Below are positions 8,666-18,709 of a stretch of DNA of 64,000 bases, piece after piece. Position 1 is the stretch's first letter. Every line of letters begins with the position of its first letter. Below the pieces are notes generated by a model, which was given only the letters and a program-made list of their open reading frames with translations, searched no databases and had not been told where the DNA came from. A program made the position numbers and the translations under genes. Source of the stretch: Bacteroidota bacterium (GTDB lineage: Bacteria; Bacteroidota; Bacteroidia; Chitinophagales; Chitinophagaceae); the NCBI GenBank assembly GCA_039796695.1, contig JBDKJF010000015.1, forward strand, positions 1,144 through 65,143, given 5' to 3'.

Positions 8666-11452
8666 TTATAAATTGTAATTGAACGAGATGCTAATCGTAG
8701 TGCCCTGGGTGCGGGTAAAACGAAAAGCATCATTTTCTTTTTGTAATGTTTTTTTATTCATCAAATCATTCTGATAGAAATATTGCGTAGCATTTAAAAT
8801 GTCTGCTACATTTATACGCACCTCGCCTTTTGTTCTTAATATTTTCTTACTTATTTGAAAATCAAGTAGCGGCCTTGGTGCTTCATAAATATCCGGAGAG
8901 CCTGCACCAGCGGTAAGGTCGCCTACTAAATAAATTCGTTCGCCTACTTGATTAAATAGTAGTGTGCTGCTAAGGCCAGCCTTTTCTACATCATACATTA
9001 TACCTAGATTAAGCACATAAGGAGATTGCCCTTGCATGGGCCTATTTATATTAAATCGGTTATCTGTTACTGTGCTTTTAATATATGATGCATTAGCTTG
9101 AAAAGTAAAATGCTTCAGTGCGGTTAAAAAATCGAGTTTCTTTCTTAATTCAATTTCTACACCATAGGCAGTAGCAGTTGCCGCATTTTGATAACTGAAA
9201 GTGCTAGCGCCGCCAATACCTTCATTAAACAATTGCTCGATGGGGTTTTGAAATTTTTTGTAAAAAAATCCGGCGGTCATTAGTTCGCCTGCCTTGGGAT
9301 AAAACTCATAACGCAGATCTAGGTTCGTAATTTTTGTACGCTTCAATATGGGATTGCCTTGGACGGATGCATTTAATTCAAAGTCGTAAAGATTTAAGAA
9401 TGATAATTCTCTCAACTCTGGGCGAATGACCGTTTGCGAACCAGAAAAACGCAGATTTGTTTTATTATTAAGTTTTATTGTTGCATTAAATCCCGGTAAA
9501 AGGTCCGTTACTTTTGAATAGCTGTGTCGGGGATCCCATTTTTTTACACTACCTACCAATTGATCAAAATGCTCCACTCGTAACCCCCAAACTACTCTAA
9601 CACTTTTTGCTAACTGATTATCAAATTGCAGGAAGCCGCCATTTAAAATGGTATTGGCCATATAACGGAAGGTTCTTCCTTTAATAGCATCAAAGGCAAT
9701 TTTATTATCGGTGCCTGTTCCAAAGTTTTGCGCTGCAAATACTTCATTAGCGGGCAATAATCGTAGCAAAGAATTATCGGTTGGTAAGTAATTAGCAAAT
9801 AATTGTGCATCGTACAATCTATCTTTTACTTGCAGCATATAACCTGCTTTTATCGTTTGCTTTTGTTTAAATAAATTGTAGCTATACGAAATATCGGCAC
9901 CGGCTGTATAGATATAATCGCTTAAGCTTTGATAAATGCGGCTTCCACTACTTTGCGAAAGCGAATTAGAAAGCAGCAATGAAAAAGGTTGGGTGGTATT
10001 TCTTGCTCTTGTATATGTAATACGTCGCTGGTCGGGAACATACCCATCTAAAATATTAAAGGCCCCATACCATTTAAATTTGAGTTGCTTGGATATTCCA
10101 TGGTCGCCAGCTAATTGTATTGTAAAAAAAGTATTTTGTTTAAACGTAAGTTCCGTTCCTTTCAAATCTTCATCACGGTTGTATTCTATGCCCGTTCTAT
10201 TGGTAACTGTACTAGGCGCATTTATGTTTAACAATGATTTGATGGAAATTTTATTGAGGCTATTTAACTGCATAGAAAAGCTGCCCATAGCCCCTGCGGT
10301 TACTTCTTGCACATACCTATTATCATTATAATCATAGTTTACACTAAATGTATTGCCAGCTAATGAATTAGATCTATTCAAAAGTTTTAAAAAACGATTC
10401 GTTCGATTGTAGTTTACTGCCAAAGCTCCACCCATTGATTTTCCTAAAAACTTTCCAGCAAAGCCAGCATTTGCTTGCAATGAATAGTTAATGGGCGAAC
10501 TTGTTTTGATAGGCACCCAAGCATTTCGCATTTGCTTACCGATGGCTGTTTTGCTAGCAAAAGATAAAGTGTCGAAAGCGGCCTTACGGGTATATGCCAC
10601 AGGGAGTGATCGGCTACCATCATCAAAACCTAACCAATCGGTAGATGATTGCTGATCTTTATAAAAATCATTTCCGAAGGTTTGCGTATTAACACCCGTG
10701 CCCAACTGTATGTTGAAAAAATTTTTTGTAGGAATATCTTTTGTGTTTACTTGTATTAATCCGCCGGCCCACTCTCCAGGATATTCCGGTAAAAAGGCCT
10801 TATTGATGATAATATTATCAATCATAGCAGATGGAATTAAATCAAACGAAAAGGTTTTTCGATCTGGTTCTGTACTTGTTAATAAAATACCGTTCAACAT
10901 GGCTTGGTTATAACGATCGGCCAAGCCTCGTATTACAATAAATTTTCCCTCCTGTATACTAGCGCCAGGTGTACGTTTTATTACTTCGCCTGCCTGCCTA
11001 TCAGGAGAGCGGCGTATTGATTCTGCCGTAATTACTGCCGCCACTGTATTGGTATTTCGTTGAAATGAAATGCCCGCACTTATAGATTCTAATTTTGCAG
11101 CACTTCTGGCTTTGGCCGTAATGGTTACGCCAGCATCTGTTACTGCCAACACTTCCATGGCTATATTTAATTCATTTATTTGCGCTACTTGCGGCTCTAT
11201 TTCAACTTCTTTTGTAGCATAGCCTATTATAGAAAAGGTTAAAAGATATTTTTTGTTCGCCGTTAGGGTAAGGCCGTATCTACCTTCTACATCAGTACTA
11301 GTACCCCCTCCCCCTGTAATTTTTATAGAAACACCCGCTAGTGCTTCGTTCTTTTGATTGAGTACTTTACCCGAAAACTTTACTGACTGCGCTACTAAAA
11401 AAGAAGAAAAGAAAAGTGCCGAAATAAAAAATAAACGTTGTAAAAAAAACAT
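8666..11452 (-). CDS. TonB-dependent receptor with CarboxypepD_reg-like N-terminal domain
   Basis: Signal peptide, then KFSGKVLNQKNEALAGVSIKITGGG...DVEGRYGL (carboxypeptidase-regulatory-like), a plug region (IVIRGLADRYNQAMLNG) and a long beta-barrel (928 aa). Confidence 0.9.
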   Translation of the reverse strand: MFFLQRLFFISALFFSSFLVAQSVKFSGKVLNQKNEALAGVSIKITGGGGTSTDVEGRYGLTLTANKKYLLTFSIIGYATKEVEIEPQVAQINELNIAMEVLAVTDAGVTITAKARSAAKLESISAGISFQRNTNTVAAVITAESIRRSPDRQAGEVIKRTPGASIQEGKFIVIRGLADRYNQAMLNGILLTSTEPDRKTFSFDLIPSAMIDNIIINKAFLPEYPGEWAGGLIQVNTKDIPTKNFFNIQLGTGVNTQTFGNDFYKDQQSSTDWLGFDDGSRSLPVAYTRKAAFDTLSFASKTAIGKQMRNAWVPIKTSSPINYSLQANAGFAGKFLGKSMGGALAVNYNRTNRFLKLLNRSNSLAGNTFSVNYDYNDNRYVQEVTAGAMGSFSMQLNSLNKISIKSLLNINAPSTVTNRTGIEYNRDEDLKGTELTFKQNTFFTIQLAGDHGISKQLKFKWYGAFNILDGYVPDQRRITYTRARNTTQPFSLLLSNSLSQSSGSRIYQSLSDYIYTAGADISYSYNLFKQKQTIKAGYMLQVKDRLYDAQLFANYLPTDNSLLRLLPANEVFAAQNFGTGTDNKIAFDAIKGRTFRYMANTILNGGFLQFDNQLAKSVRVVWGLRVEHFDQLVGSVKKWDPRHSYSKVTDLLPGFNATIKLNNKTNLRFSGSQTVIRPELRELSFLNLYDFELNASVQGNPILKRTKITNLDLRYEFYPKAGELMTAGFFYKKFQNPIEQLFNEGIGGASTFSYQNAATATAYGVEIELRKKLDFLTALKHFTFQANASYIKSTVTDNRFNINRPMQGQSPYVLNLGIMYDVEKAGLSSTLLFNQVGERIYLVGDLTAGAGSPDIYEAPRPLLDFQISKKILRTKGEVRINVADILNATQYFYQNDLMNKKTLQKENDAFRFTRTQGTTISISFNYNL

Positions 11453-11628
11453 AATACTGTTATTTGCCGCAAAGGTGTATGGCTAATATTACCGCAGTAT
11501 TACGTACATGTTAAGCAATTGTAATCTCTATCATTATTTAATATAAATACGAGCCTGTGCAGGATAAGTTCATAATGCCTTAACCTTGGCTTCATAATTT
11601 GGTAACACTACTAACACACATTTGCACT

Positions 11629-11648
11629 GTAACAAAAATTTTTGTTAC
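11629..11648. promoter_or_regulatory. perfect 20-bp palindrome GTAACAAAAATTTTTGTTAC
   Basis: Read directly from the sequence. It lies in the 359-bp divergent region between the TBDR gene (start 11452) and the phosphate porin gene (start 11812). Confidence 0.4.
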
Positions 11649-11811
11649 CCACTATGGCCCCGAGATAAGGCATATATATTATCTTTTAATTGCATAGCCC
11701 CTGTATTCTTACCGGGGCTATTTGTATTAGTTAACAATTTGGTAATACGGGATAATCGTCCGTTTGGGGGAATATTTCCATTTTTGCCCTGCAATTAAAA
11801 GATAAACAAAC

Positions 11812-13029
11812 ATGAGGAAGCTATGCCTTACAGCCATGCTAGCCGTTATGCCATTTTTATATATTATGGCACAACAAACAACACCTGCGATGACAAGTGC
11901 ACCTGCAAAGATTGAAAAAAAGTGGTTTGAAAGTTTTTCCATAAGGGGATATATGCAGGTGCGATACAATCGACTTTTTGAAACAAATGAAAACCTTAAA
12001 TGCGAGCAGTGCGATAGATCTGTTGGTAAAGGTGGCGGTTTTATGTTACGCCGTGGCCGTATCATTTTAAGTGGATATATTCATAATAGAATATTTTTTT
12101 ACATACAGCCCGACTTTGGAAGCAGTACCGGTACTACTGGCAATATATTTCAAATAAGAGATGCGTATGTAGACCTTTCTTTGGATAAGAAAAATGAATT
12201 TAGATTACGATTAGGACAAAGTAAAGTTCCTTTCGGATTTGAAAATATGCAAAGCAGCCAAAACCGATTACCATTGGATAGAAACGATGGATTAAACAGC
12301 GCCGTTTCAAACGAAAGAGACCTTGGCGCTTTTTTTTATTGGGCACCAGCTAAAACAAGAGAACAATTAGCCTCCTTTGTAAAAGACAATTACAAAGGCT
12401 CAGGAGATTATGGTGTATTCGGTATCGGTTTTTATAACGGACAAACAGCTAACCGAGCCGAACAAAACGATAAAAGCCATATCGTAGCTCGGCTTAGCTA
12501 TCCCTTTGTAATTGGCAAACAAATAATAGAGCCCGGTGTACAGGCCTATGCCGGAAAATATGTACTGCCAACAGATTTAAGAAGCAGCGGTGTAAAAGCC
12601 GTTAACAACTTTGAATTTGATGATAAGCGCATTGCTACTAGCTTTATATTATACCCTAAACCTTTTGGCATACAAGCAGAATATAATTGGGGTAAGGGAC
12701 CAGCCTATAACCCCGCAAATGATTCTATTGAAACCAAAAACCTACATGGTGGGTATATTACCGCTAGTATGCGCATAAAAGGTAAAAAAGATTGGGTATT
12801 TTTCCCTTTTAGTAGAGTACAACAGTACTATGGTGGCAAGAAGCATGAATTAGATGCCCGCCGATATGAAGTAAAAGAAATGGAAACCGGCCTTGAGTGG
12901 CAGTTTAATAAATATTTTGAATTAACTACATCTTACGTAATTTCAAAGAGGCGCTTTGAAGATTCAAAACTTAAGAATAACCTGCAAAAAGGAAACTATT
13001 TAAGAATACAAGCACAACTTAACTTTTAA
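11812..13029 (+). CDS. phosphate-selective porin O/P family outer-membrane protein
   Basis: Signal peptide (MAQQ), alternating beta-strand pattern and C-terminal QAQLNF. It lies immediately upstream of DUF47 and PiT phosphate genes. Confidence 0.65.
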   Translation: MRKLCLTAMLAVMPFLYIMAQQTTPAMTSAPAKIEKKWFESFSIRGYMQVRYNRLFETNENLKCEQCDRSVGKGGGFMLRRGRIILSGYIHNRIFFYIQPDFGSSTGTTGNIFQIRDAYVDLSLDKKNEFRLRLGQSKVPFGFENMQSSQNRLPLDRNDGLNSAVSNERDLGAFFYWAPAKTREQLASFVKDNYKGSGDYGVFGIGFYNGQTANRAEQNDKSHIVARLSYPFVIGKQIIEPGVQAYAGKYVLPTDLRSSGVKAVNNFEFDDKRIATSFILYPKPFGIQAEYNWGKGPAYNPANDSIETKNLHGGYITASMRIKGKKDWVFFPFSRVQQYYGGKKHELDARRYEVKEMETGLEWQFNKYFELTTSYVISKRRFEDSKLKNNLQKGNYLRIQAQLNF

Positions 13030-13049
13030 CACCACTAATAACAAAACCA

Positions 13050-13700
13050 ATGGCAGCACTACAATCTTTTTTAAAAATCTTCATGCCGAAGAATAACAAA
13101 TTTTATGAGCTATTTGAAAAAGTAGCCGGTAACGTAGAAAAAATGGGTAGCGGCCTCAGAGATGTAGTAGCCGAAACCGATTTCGACAAAAGAGCAGCCC
13201 TTATTACCAAGCTAGAAGATTTAGAACATGAAAACGATGAGCTTACGCATAACTTGTTTACAGAGTTAGGCAGAAACTTCATCACCCCTTTTGACAGAGA
13301 AGATATACATTACCTTGCTACTTCTTTAGATGATATTGCTGATTATATTTATGCTTCTGCTAAAAAAATTAATTTCTATAAGGTAAACCCAAATGATATT
13401 GGGCTGCAAAAATTTGCAGAGCTAATAGAACAAAGTGCCCAACAAGTAAGAATTGCCGTATCTGAATTACGAAATATGAAAAACATGCGCAATATTACCG
13501 AAGCACTTGTAAAAATTAATAGCATCGAAAATCAAGCTGACGATATTTTTGATTTTAGTATAGAAAGATTGTTTGAAACAGAACCCGATGCAAAAGAGGT
13601 AATTAAAAAAAGAGAAATATATCAGGTAATGGAAATAGTTACTGATAAGTGTGAGGATGCAAGTAATGTGATAGAATCTATCATAATTAAGTATGCTTAA
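13050..13700 (+). CDS. DUF47 (PhoU-like, TIGR00153) phosphate transport regulator-like protein
   Basis: Helical protein of about 215 aa with an FxPKxxKFYELFE start and an EHENDELTH segment. It shows the conserved pairing with a PiT transporter directly downstream. Confidence 0.8.
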   Translation: MAALQSFLKIFMPKNNKFYELFEKVAGNVEKMGSGLRDVVAETDFDKRAALITKLEDLEHENDELTHNLFTELGRNFITPFDREDIHYLATSLDDIADYIYASAKKINFYKVNPNDIGLQKFAELIEQSAQQVRIAVSELRNMKNMRNITEALVKINSIENQADDIFDFSIERLFETEPDAKEVIKKREIYQVMEIVTDKCEDASNVIESIIIKYA

Positions 13701-13794
13701 CCCCATTCGTTAACGAGCTTTTGTAGTAGCAGCTTTTAGAAATCACACCTTTCTTATCAGCAAACTACTTCATCAGCACATCATCACATTTATT

Positions 13795-15006
13795 ATGACA
13801 ACCTTTCTTATTTCAATCATTGCACTAGCACTGATATTTGATTACATCAATGGCTTTCATGATGCGGCCAATTCTATTGCCACCGTAGTATCTACAAAAG
13901 TGCTTACCCCTTTTCAAGCAGTATTGTGGGCAGCCGTGTTTAACTCGGTAGCTTTTTTTGTTTTTAAAGATCATGGAGTTGCAGACACTGTTGCTAAAAC
14001 GGTTAAGTCCTCTCATATTGAAAGTAATACCATGATGGCCGTAATTTTTGCCGGGCTTATTGCCGCTATCGCTTGGAATTTACTTACTTGGTGGTTAGGC
14101 ATTCCCTCCTCCTCATCGCACACATTAATTGGGGGTTTTGCCGGTGCCGGTATTGCTGCCGGAGGTTTAGGGGCGGTTAACTCTCCTGTAATTATTAAAA
14201 CAGCTAGTTTTATTTTTCTTGCTCCATTAATTGGGATGGTGATGGCTTTCATCATGTCTTTATGGTTCCTCAGTTCGTTTAAAAAAGGATGGACATCTAA
14301 AATATTTTCTATTGCCGTTATTGTGTTTGTAGTTGTGTTTTTATCACAAAGTCTTGTTTTTGATAAAGCCCTATTGGCTAAAAAAACAGATTATACTAAC
14401 TACTGGGTGCAGGTTATTTTATACGCCAAAAATTTTAAATGGATATTATTGGCTATTATTTTATTAAGCATGGCCATATTTGCGCTTTATCTTAATACGA
14501 TGAACCATCATAAAGCCAATGTATGGTTTAAAAAATTACAACTGGTATCCTCCGCAGCTTTTAGCATAGCCCATGGTGGTAACGATGCACAAAAAGTAAT
14601 GGGTATTATTACAGCCGCCTTAATAGCGGGTGGAAATATTACCGACTTTCATCAAATGCCAGACTGGGTGCCCATTGCTTGTTATGCAGCCATTGGCCTA
14701 GGTACGATGAGTGGCGGTTGGAAAATAGTAAAAACAATGGGAACAAAGATTACAAAAGTTACCCCTTTTGAGGGTGTGGCAGCTGAAACAGCCGGTGCTT
14801 TAACCTTGTTTATAACCGAAACATTAAAAATACCCGTAAGCACTACCCATACTATTACAGGTGCCATCATGGGGGTTGGTGCCACCAAAAGATTATCGGC
14901 CGTACGGTGGGGCGTTACTATTAATTTATTGTGGGCTTGGATACTAACTATACCTATTAGTGCATTATTGGCTGCCGGTGTGTATTACATAGTAAGAATG
15001 ATTTAA
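13795..15006 (+). CDS. inorganic phosphate transporter, PiT family
   Basis: Contains the two PiT signature repeats GFHDAANSIATVVST and AHGGNDAQKVMGII, and is polytopic. Confidence 0.9.
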   Translation: MTTFLISIIALALIFDYINGFHDAANSIATVVSTKVLTPFQAVLWAAVFNSVAFFVFKDHGVADTVAKTVKSSHIESNTMMAVIFAGLIAAIAWNLLTWWLGIPSSSSHTLIGGFAGAGIAAGGLGAVNSPVIIKTASFIFLAPLIGMVMAFIMSLWFLSSFKKGWTSKIFSIAVIVFVVVFLSQSLVFDKALLAKKTDYTNYWVQVILYAKNFKWILLAIILLSMAIFALYLNTMNHHKANVWFKKLQLVSSAAFSIAHGGNDAQKVMGIITAALIAGGNITDFHQMPDWVPIACYAAIGLGTMSGGWKIVKTMGTKITKVTPFEGVAAETAGALTLFITETLKIPVSTTHTITGAIMGVGATKRLSAVRWGVTINLLWAWILTIPISALLAAGVYYIVRMI

Positions 15007-15031
15007 AATAACAACTCGTTTTTATAAATTA

Positions 15032-15059
15032 AAATCCTGACTTTTGTTAGGATTTTTTT
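15032..15059 (+). terminator. rho-independent terminator after the PiT gene
   Basis: ATCCTGAC-TTTT-GTTAGGAT (one G:U pair) followed by TTTTTT. Confidence 0.6.
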
Positions 15060-16115
15060 ATGGCAAAAATTTTAGTAACAGGCGGCTGCGGCTATATTGG
15101 TTCGCATACCATTGTAGACCTTATTGAAAATGGCTACGAAGTAATTTCGGCAGATAATAACTCCCGATCAAACCCTATCATCATGTTAGGTGTAGAGCAA
15201 ATTACTGGTGTAAAAGTTAAAAATTACAAAGTAGATCTATGTAATTACGATGACACTTTTGCCATTTTTCAAGAGAATGAAGATATCGTAGGCATCATCC
15301 ACTTTGCAGCTTATAAAGCAGTAGGCGAATCAGTAGAAAAACCATTGCTGTATTATGATAACAATATACAGTCTTTAGTAAACCTACTAAAATGTGTGAA
15401 TGAATTCAATATACCCTATTTTGTTTTTTCATCCTCCTGTACGGTATATGGCAGCCCCGATGTAATGCCGGTTACAGAATCTACCCCACAAAAACCCGCC
15501 CAATCCCCATACGGATGGACGAAGCAAATGGGCGAACAAATTATCAAAGACTTTACTAAAACATCGTTCTCTAATTTTATTTCCTTACGCTATTTTAATC
15601 CTGCAGGTGCTCACCCTAGCTCCTTCATTGGAGAAATGCCATTAGGTAAGCCACAAAATTTAGTACCGGCCATTACACAATCAGCCATTGGACGTATACC
15701 AAAAGTAACCGTGTTTGGAACCGATTACGCTACAAGAGATGGCTCCTGTATACGAGATTTTATACATGTATGTGACTTGGCCCGTGCACATACACTTGCC
15801 TTACAATACATGGAGGCCGAAAAATGTAAAACCCATTTTGAAGTATTTAACCTTGGTACTGGCTGTGGCGTTACCGTATTAGAAGCCATACATGCTTTTG
15901 AAAAAGTAACGGGCAAAAAGCTAAACTACGAAGCTGGCCATAATAGACCGGGTGATGTAGTGGCCATCTACTCCAATAATGAGTTAGCCATAAAAGAATT
16001 GCAATGGAAGCCCCAATTTTCTTTGGATGATATAATGGAAACTGCCTGGAAATGGGAGCTTCGATTAAAAGCCGATGAAACGGTGTTTGGAAATATTTCT
16101 GGCACATTAAACTAA
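15060..16115 (+). CDS. galE: UDP-glucose 4-epimerase
   Basis: Has MAKILVTGGCGYIGSHT (Rossmann GxxGxxG), a YGWTK active-site region and RYFNPAGAHPS. Confidence 0.9.
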   Translation: MAKILVTGGCGYIGSHTIVDLIENGYEVISADNNSRSNPIIMLGVEQITGVKVKNYKVDLCNYDDTFAIFQENEDIVGIIHFAAYKAVGESVEKPLLYYDNNIQSLVNLLKCVNEFNIPYFVFSSSCTVYGSPDVMPVTESTPQKPAQSPYGWTKQMGEQIIKDFTKTSFSNFISLRYFNPAGAHPSSFIGEMPLGKPQNLVPAITQSAIGRIPKVTVFGTDYATRDGSCIRDFIHVCDLARAHTLALQYMEAEKCKTHFEVFNLGTGCGVTVLEAIHAFEKVTGKKLNYEAGHNRPGDVVAIYSNNELAIKELQWKPQFSLDDIMETAWKWELRLKADETVFGNISGTLN

Positions 16116-16153
16116 CATCTGCTATTCATTTTTTCTCTTTTATTTACATAGCT

Positions 16154-16161
16154 TACATTTG
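16154..16161 (+). promoter_or_regulatory. candidate -7 box (TACATTTG) for the transketolase subunit gene
   Basis: Exact TAnnTTTG match, 19 nt before the ATG at 16181. Confidence 0.4.
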
Positions 16162-16180
16162 CCCCACATAATATAAAGCT

Positions 16181-17137
16181 ATGTCACTAAAGGAAATTCA
16201 ACCAACAGGCCATAAAGATACTCGCAGCGGTTTTGGAGATGGTATTGTAGCAGCAGGCCGTAAAAATGCAAATATTGTTGCACTTACTGCCGATTTATTA
16301 GGTTCTTTAAAACTTAATCAATTTGTAAAAGAATTTCCTGAACGATTTATACAGTGCGGTATTGCAGAAGCAAATATGATTGGTATTGCTGCAGGCCTTA
16401 CTATTGGTGGTAAAATTCCCTTTACTACTACTTTTGCCAATTTTTCTACTGGCCGTGTGTACGATCAAATTCGACAGTCGGTAGCGTATAGCGGTAAAAA
16501 TGTAAAAATTTGCGCCTCGCATGCCGGGCTTACACTAGGCGAAGATGGTGCCACCCATCAAATTTTAGAAGATATAGGCTTAATGAAAATGTTGCCGGGC
16601 ATGACGGTGATTGTACCTTGTGATTATGCCCAAACAAAAGCAGCTACAGAGGCCGTGGCAGCATTTGAAGGGCCGGTGTATTTACGTTTTGGCCGCCCCG
16701 TATGGCCCATATTTACGGCCGATAAACCTTTTGTAATCGGCAAAGCCCAGCAATTTTCCGAGGGTACAGATGTAAGCATTTTTGCTTGTGGGCACTTAGT
16801 ATGGAATGCTATACAAGCCGGTGTACTACTACAAGAAAAAGGAATTAGCGTTGAAGTAATAAACATACATACCATCAAACCGCTGGATGAAGAAGCGGTG
16901 TTAAACTCTATTCGAAAAACAAAATGCGCCGTTACCGCCGAAGAACACAATATCATTGGCGGCCTGGGTGATGCTATTGCACAAGTAGCTTCCAAAAATT
17001 TTCCTATACCCATTGAGTATATCGGCACTAAAGATACTTTTGGCGAAAGCGGAAAGCCCATGGAGCTGCTTAAAAAATACGGCTTAGATGTAAGCGATAT
17101 TGTGACAGCGGCTGAAAAAGTAATGGCTAGAAAATAA
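16181..17137 (+). CDS. transketolase family protein, C-terminal (pyrimidine-binding plus C-terminal domain) subunit
   Basis: Contains FIQCGIAEANMIGIAAGL, GATHQILEDIGLMKMLPGM and IHTIKPLD, typical of split-transketolase subunit B. No N-terminal subunit gene is adjacent. Confidence 0.85.
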   Translation: MSLKEIQPTGHKDTRSGFGDGIVAAGRKNANIVALTADLLGSLKLNQFVKEFPERFIQCGIAEANMIGIAAGLTIGGKIPFTTTFANFSTGRVYDQIRQSVAYSGKNVKICASHAGLTLGEDGATHQILEDIGLMKMLPGMTVIVPCDYAQTKAATEAVAAFEGPVYLRFGRPVWPIFTADKPFVIGKAQQFSEGTDVSIFACGHLVWNAIQAGVLLQEKGISVEVINIHTIKPLDEEAVLNSIRKTKCAVTAEEHNIIGGLGDAIAQVASKNFPIPIEYIGTKDTFGESGKPMELLKKYGLDVSDIVTAAEKVMARK

Positions 17138-17178
17138 CGACCCAAGCAGCGTTTGTTTTTTTTGCTTGCCTTTTTATA

Positions 17179-17997
17179 ATGCGGACTATTCTATTTCTTT
17201 TTATCTGCTCAATTCTCCTATCTGGCTGTGTAATTGAACGGAGATTATATGCCCCCACACAGGTTACTAATCCCTATTTGCAAAAGGCAGGAGATTTCTC
17301 GCTTTCTGGAACCTACAGCCAGCCAACGGGATTTGACATTAACAGTGGCCTAGCCATTACCAACCGGTGGGCATTGGTGGCTGGTTACAACCATTATAAA
17401 AACAAAGACGGAGAAAGAGAAATAGATATATTTAACGGCAATGTAGATAGCGCCATACTACAATACAAGCACCATGGCTTCCATTTGGGTTTGGGGGGAT
17501 ATTTTTCGTTATCAAAAGGTAATAAAACCAACAATACTATTTCCGTATTTGGAGGATTGATAAAGAACCAATTTAGTATGAAGGAAAAGTTTTATGCTGC
17601 CACTCAAAACCCTTCGCTTTCACCCAAACTTAATTTTTTTAATAGCAATATTCACCGCTGGTTTTTACAGACGAGTATTAATTTTTTTCCTCAAAATTTT
17701 CAACTTTCATTTTCCACCCGTTACAATTATGTAGGTTATCAAAATGTAGTAACCGATTATACCAGCACCGAGCAGGCAACTTACCGCTTACCGCCAGTGG
17801 CTTATCCTAAATGGTCTTCTTTTCTTGATTTTTCTTTTGATGCTACTTGCTATTTTAACGCATCTAAAACAATAGGATTACAGCTTTTTTCTGTGCTTAC
17901 TACCCGCCTAAGTAATAGCGACTACAACTTTCACTATTACCCCTCCCGCAGTGGAATAGGCCTTGTATACAAAAGGCCTGATGTGAAAAAGAAATAG
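17179..17997 (+). CDS. hypothetical lipoprotein / outer-membrane beta-barrel-like protein
   Basis: Has a lipobox (LLSGC) and aromatic-rich alternating segments. I recognise no family. Confidence 0.5.
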   Translation: MRTILFLFICSILLSGCVIERRLYAPTQVTNPYLQKAGDFSLSGTYSQPTGFDINSGLAITNRWALVAGYNHYKNKDGEREIDIFNGNVDSAILQYKHHGFHLGLGGYFSLSKGNKTNNTISVFGGLIKNQFSMKEKFYAATQNPSLSPKLNFFNSNIHRWFLQTSINFFPQNFQLSFSTRYNYVGYQNVVTDYTSTEQATYRLPPVAYPKWSSFLDFSFDATCYFNASKTIGLQLFSVLTTRLSNSDYNFHYYPSRSGIGLVYKRPDVKKK

Positions 17998-18112
17998 CTA
18001 CATTACAGTAGAAACTATTCCAGTATTAAAAATGCTTTGTTATTTTAGCAGTAGGTAAGATTAAACATTTTCATTTTCCAATATTCTAATCAACCCAACG
18101 CTTTAGTTATAT

Positions 18113-18664
18113 ATGTCAACCCCTACTACAGATAGCGAATTATTGGTACAGTTTAAAAATGAAAGTACAAAGGAAAGCGCCTATACCAGTATCATCAAAA
18201 AGTATCAGGAAAAATTATACTGGCATATTCGACGTATGGTAGTGGAGCATGAGGATGCCAATGATGTACTGCAAAATGTACTGATAAGAGTGTGGAAGGG
18301 GTTAGAAAATTTTCGAGAAGACAGCCAATTATATACCTGGTTATACCGTATAGCTACCAACGAATGCCTAACCTATCTTGAACAACAGAAAAAAAAATCG
18401 GCCATTAGCTTAAGTGATGTAGAAAGTGGTCTAGAAAATAAAATAAAAGCAGATCGCTATTTTGATGCCAATAAACTAGAATGGAAACTACAATTAGCCA
18501 TGCAACAATTGCCTGAAAAACAGCGAATTGTGTTTTCCTTACGCTATTACGATGAAATGCCCTACGAAGAAATGAGCCGTGTTTTAGAAACCAGCGAAGG
18601 GGCGTTAAAAGCCAGCTATCACCATGCCGTAAAAAAAATTGAGGATTATATTTTGAACCGTTAA
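18113..18664 (+). CDS. RNA polymerase sigma-70 factor, ECF subfamily
   Basis: Region 2 (DANDVLQNVLIRVWKGL...YTWLYRIATNECL) and region 4 (LPEKQRIVFSLRYYDEMPYEEMSRVLETSEGALKASYHHAVKKI) are both present. Confidence 0.9.
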   Translation: MSTPTTDSELLVQFKNESTKESAYTSIIKKYQEKLYWHIRRMVVEHEDANDVLQNVLIRVWKGLENFREDSQLYTWLYRIATNECLTYLEQQKKKSAISLSDVESGLENKIKADRYFDANKLEWKLQLAMQQLPEKQRIVFSLRYYDEMPYEEMSRVLETSEGALKASYHHAVKKIEDYILNR

Positions 18665-18709
18665 ACTTTGTAATCAATAAACCGTCTTTATACCAGTACA
18701 ATTATTAAA

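Noticed and set aside
11727-12065. 112-aa minus-strand ORF overlapping the phosphate porin gene start
   Set aside because: It overlaps a well-supported plus-strand gene with a signal peptide, has odd composition and shows no recognisable motif. It is most likely spurious.
16181-17137. Transketolase C-terminal half alone: a possible pseudogene or fragment
   Set aside because: Split transketolases with separately encoded subunits are common. This ORF is intact from a sensible start with its own -7 box to its stop, so the partner is probably encoded elsewhere.
16624-17145. 173-aa antisense ORF inside the transketolase subunit gene. Similar antisense ORFs occur at 7440-7913, 9936-10331, 58116-58484 and other positions.
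   Set aside because: Each lies fully within a gene with strong family signatures on the opposite strand, and their translations are low-complexity with no motifs.
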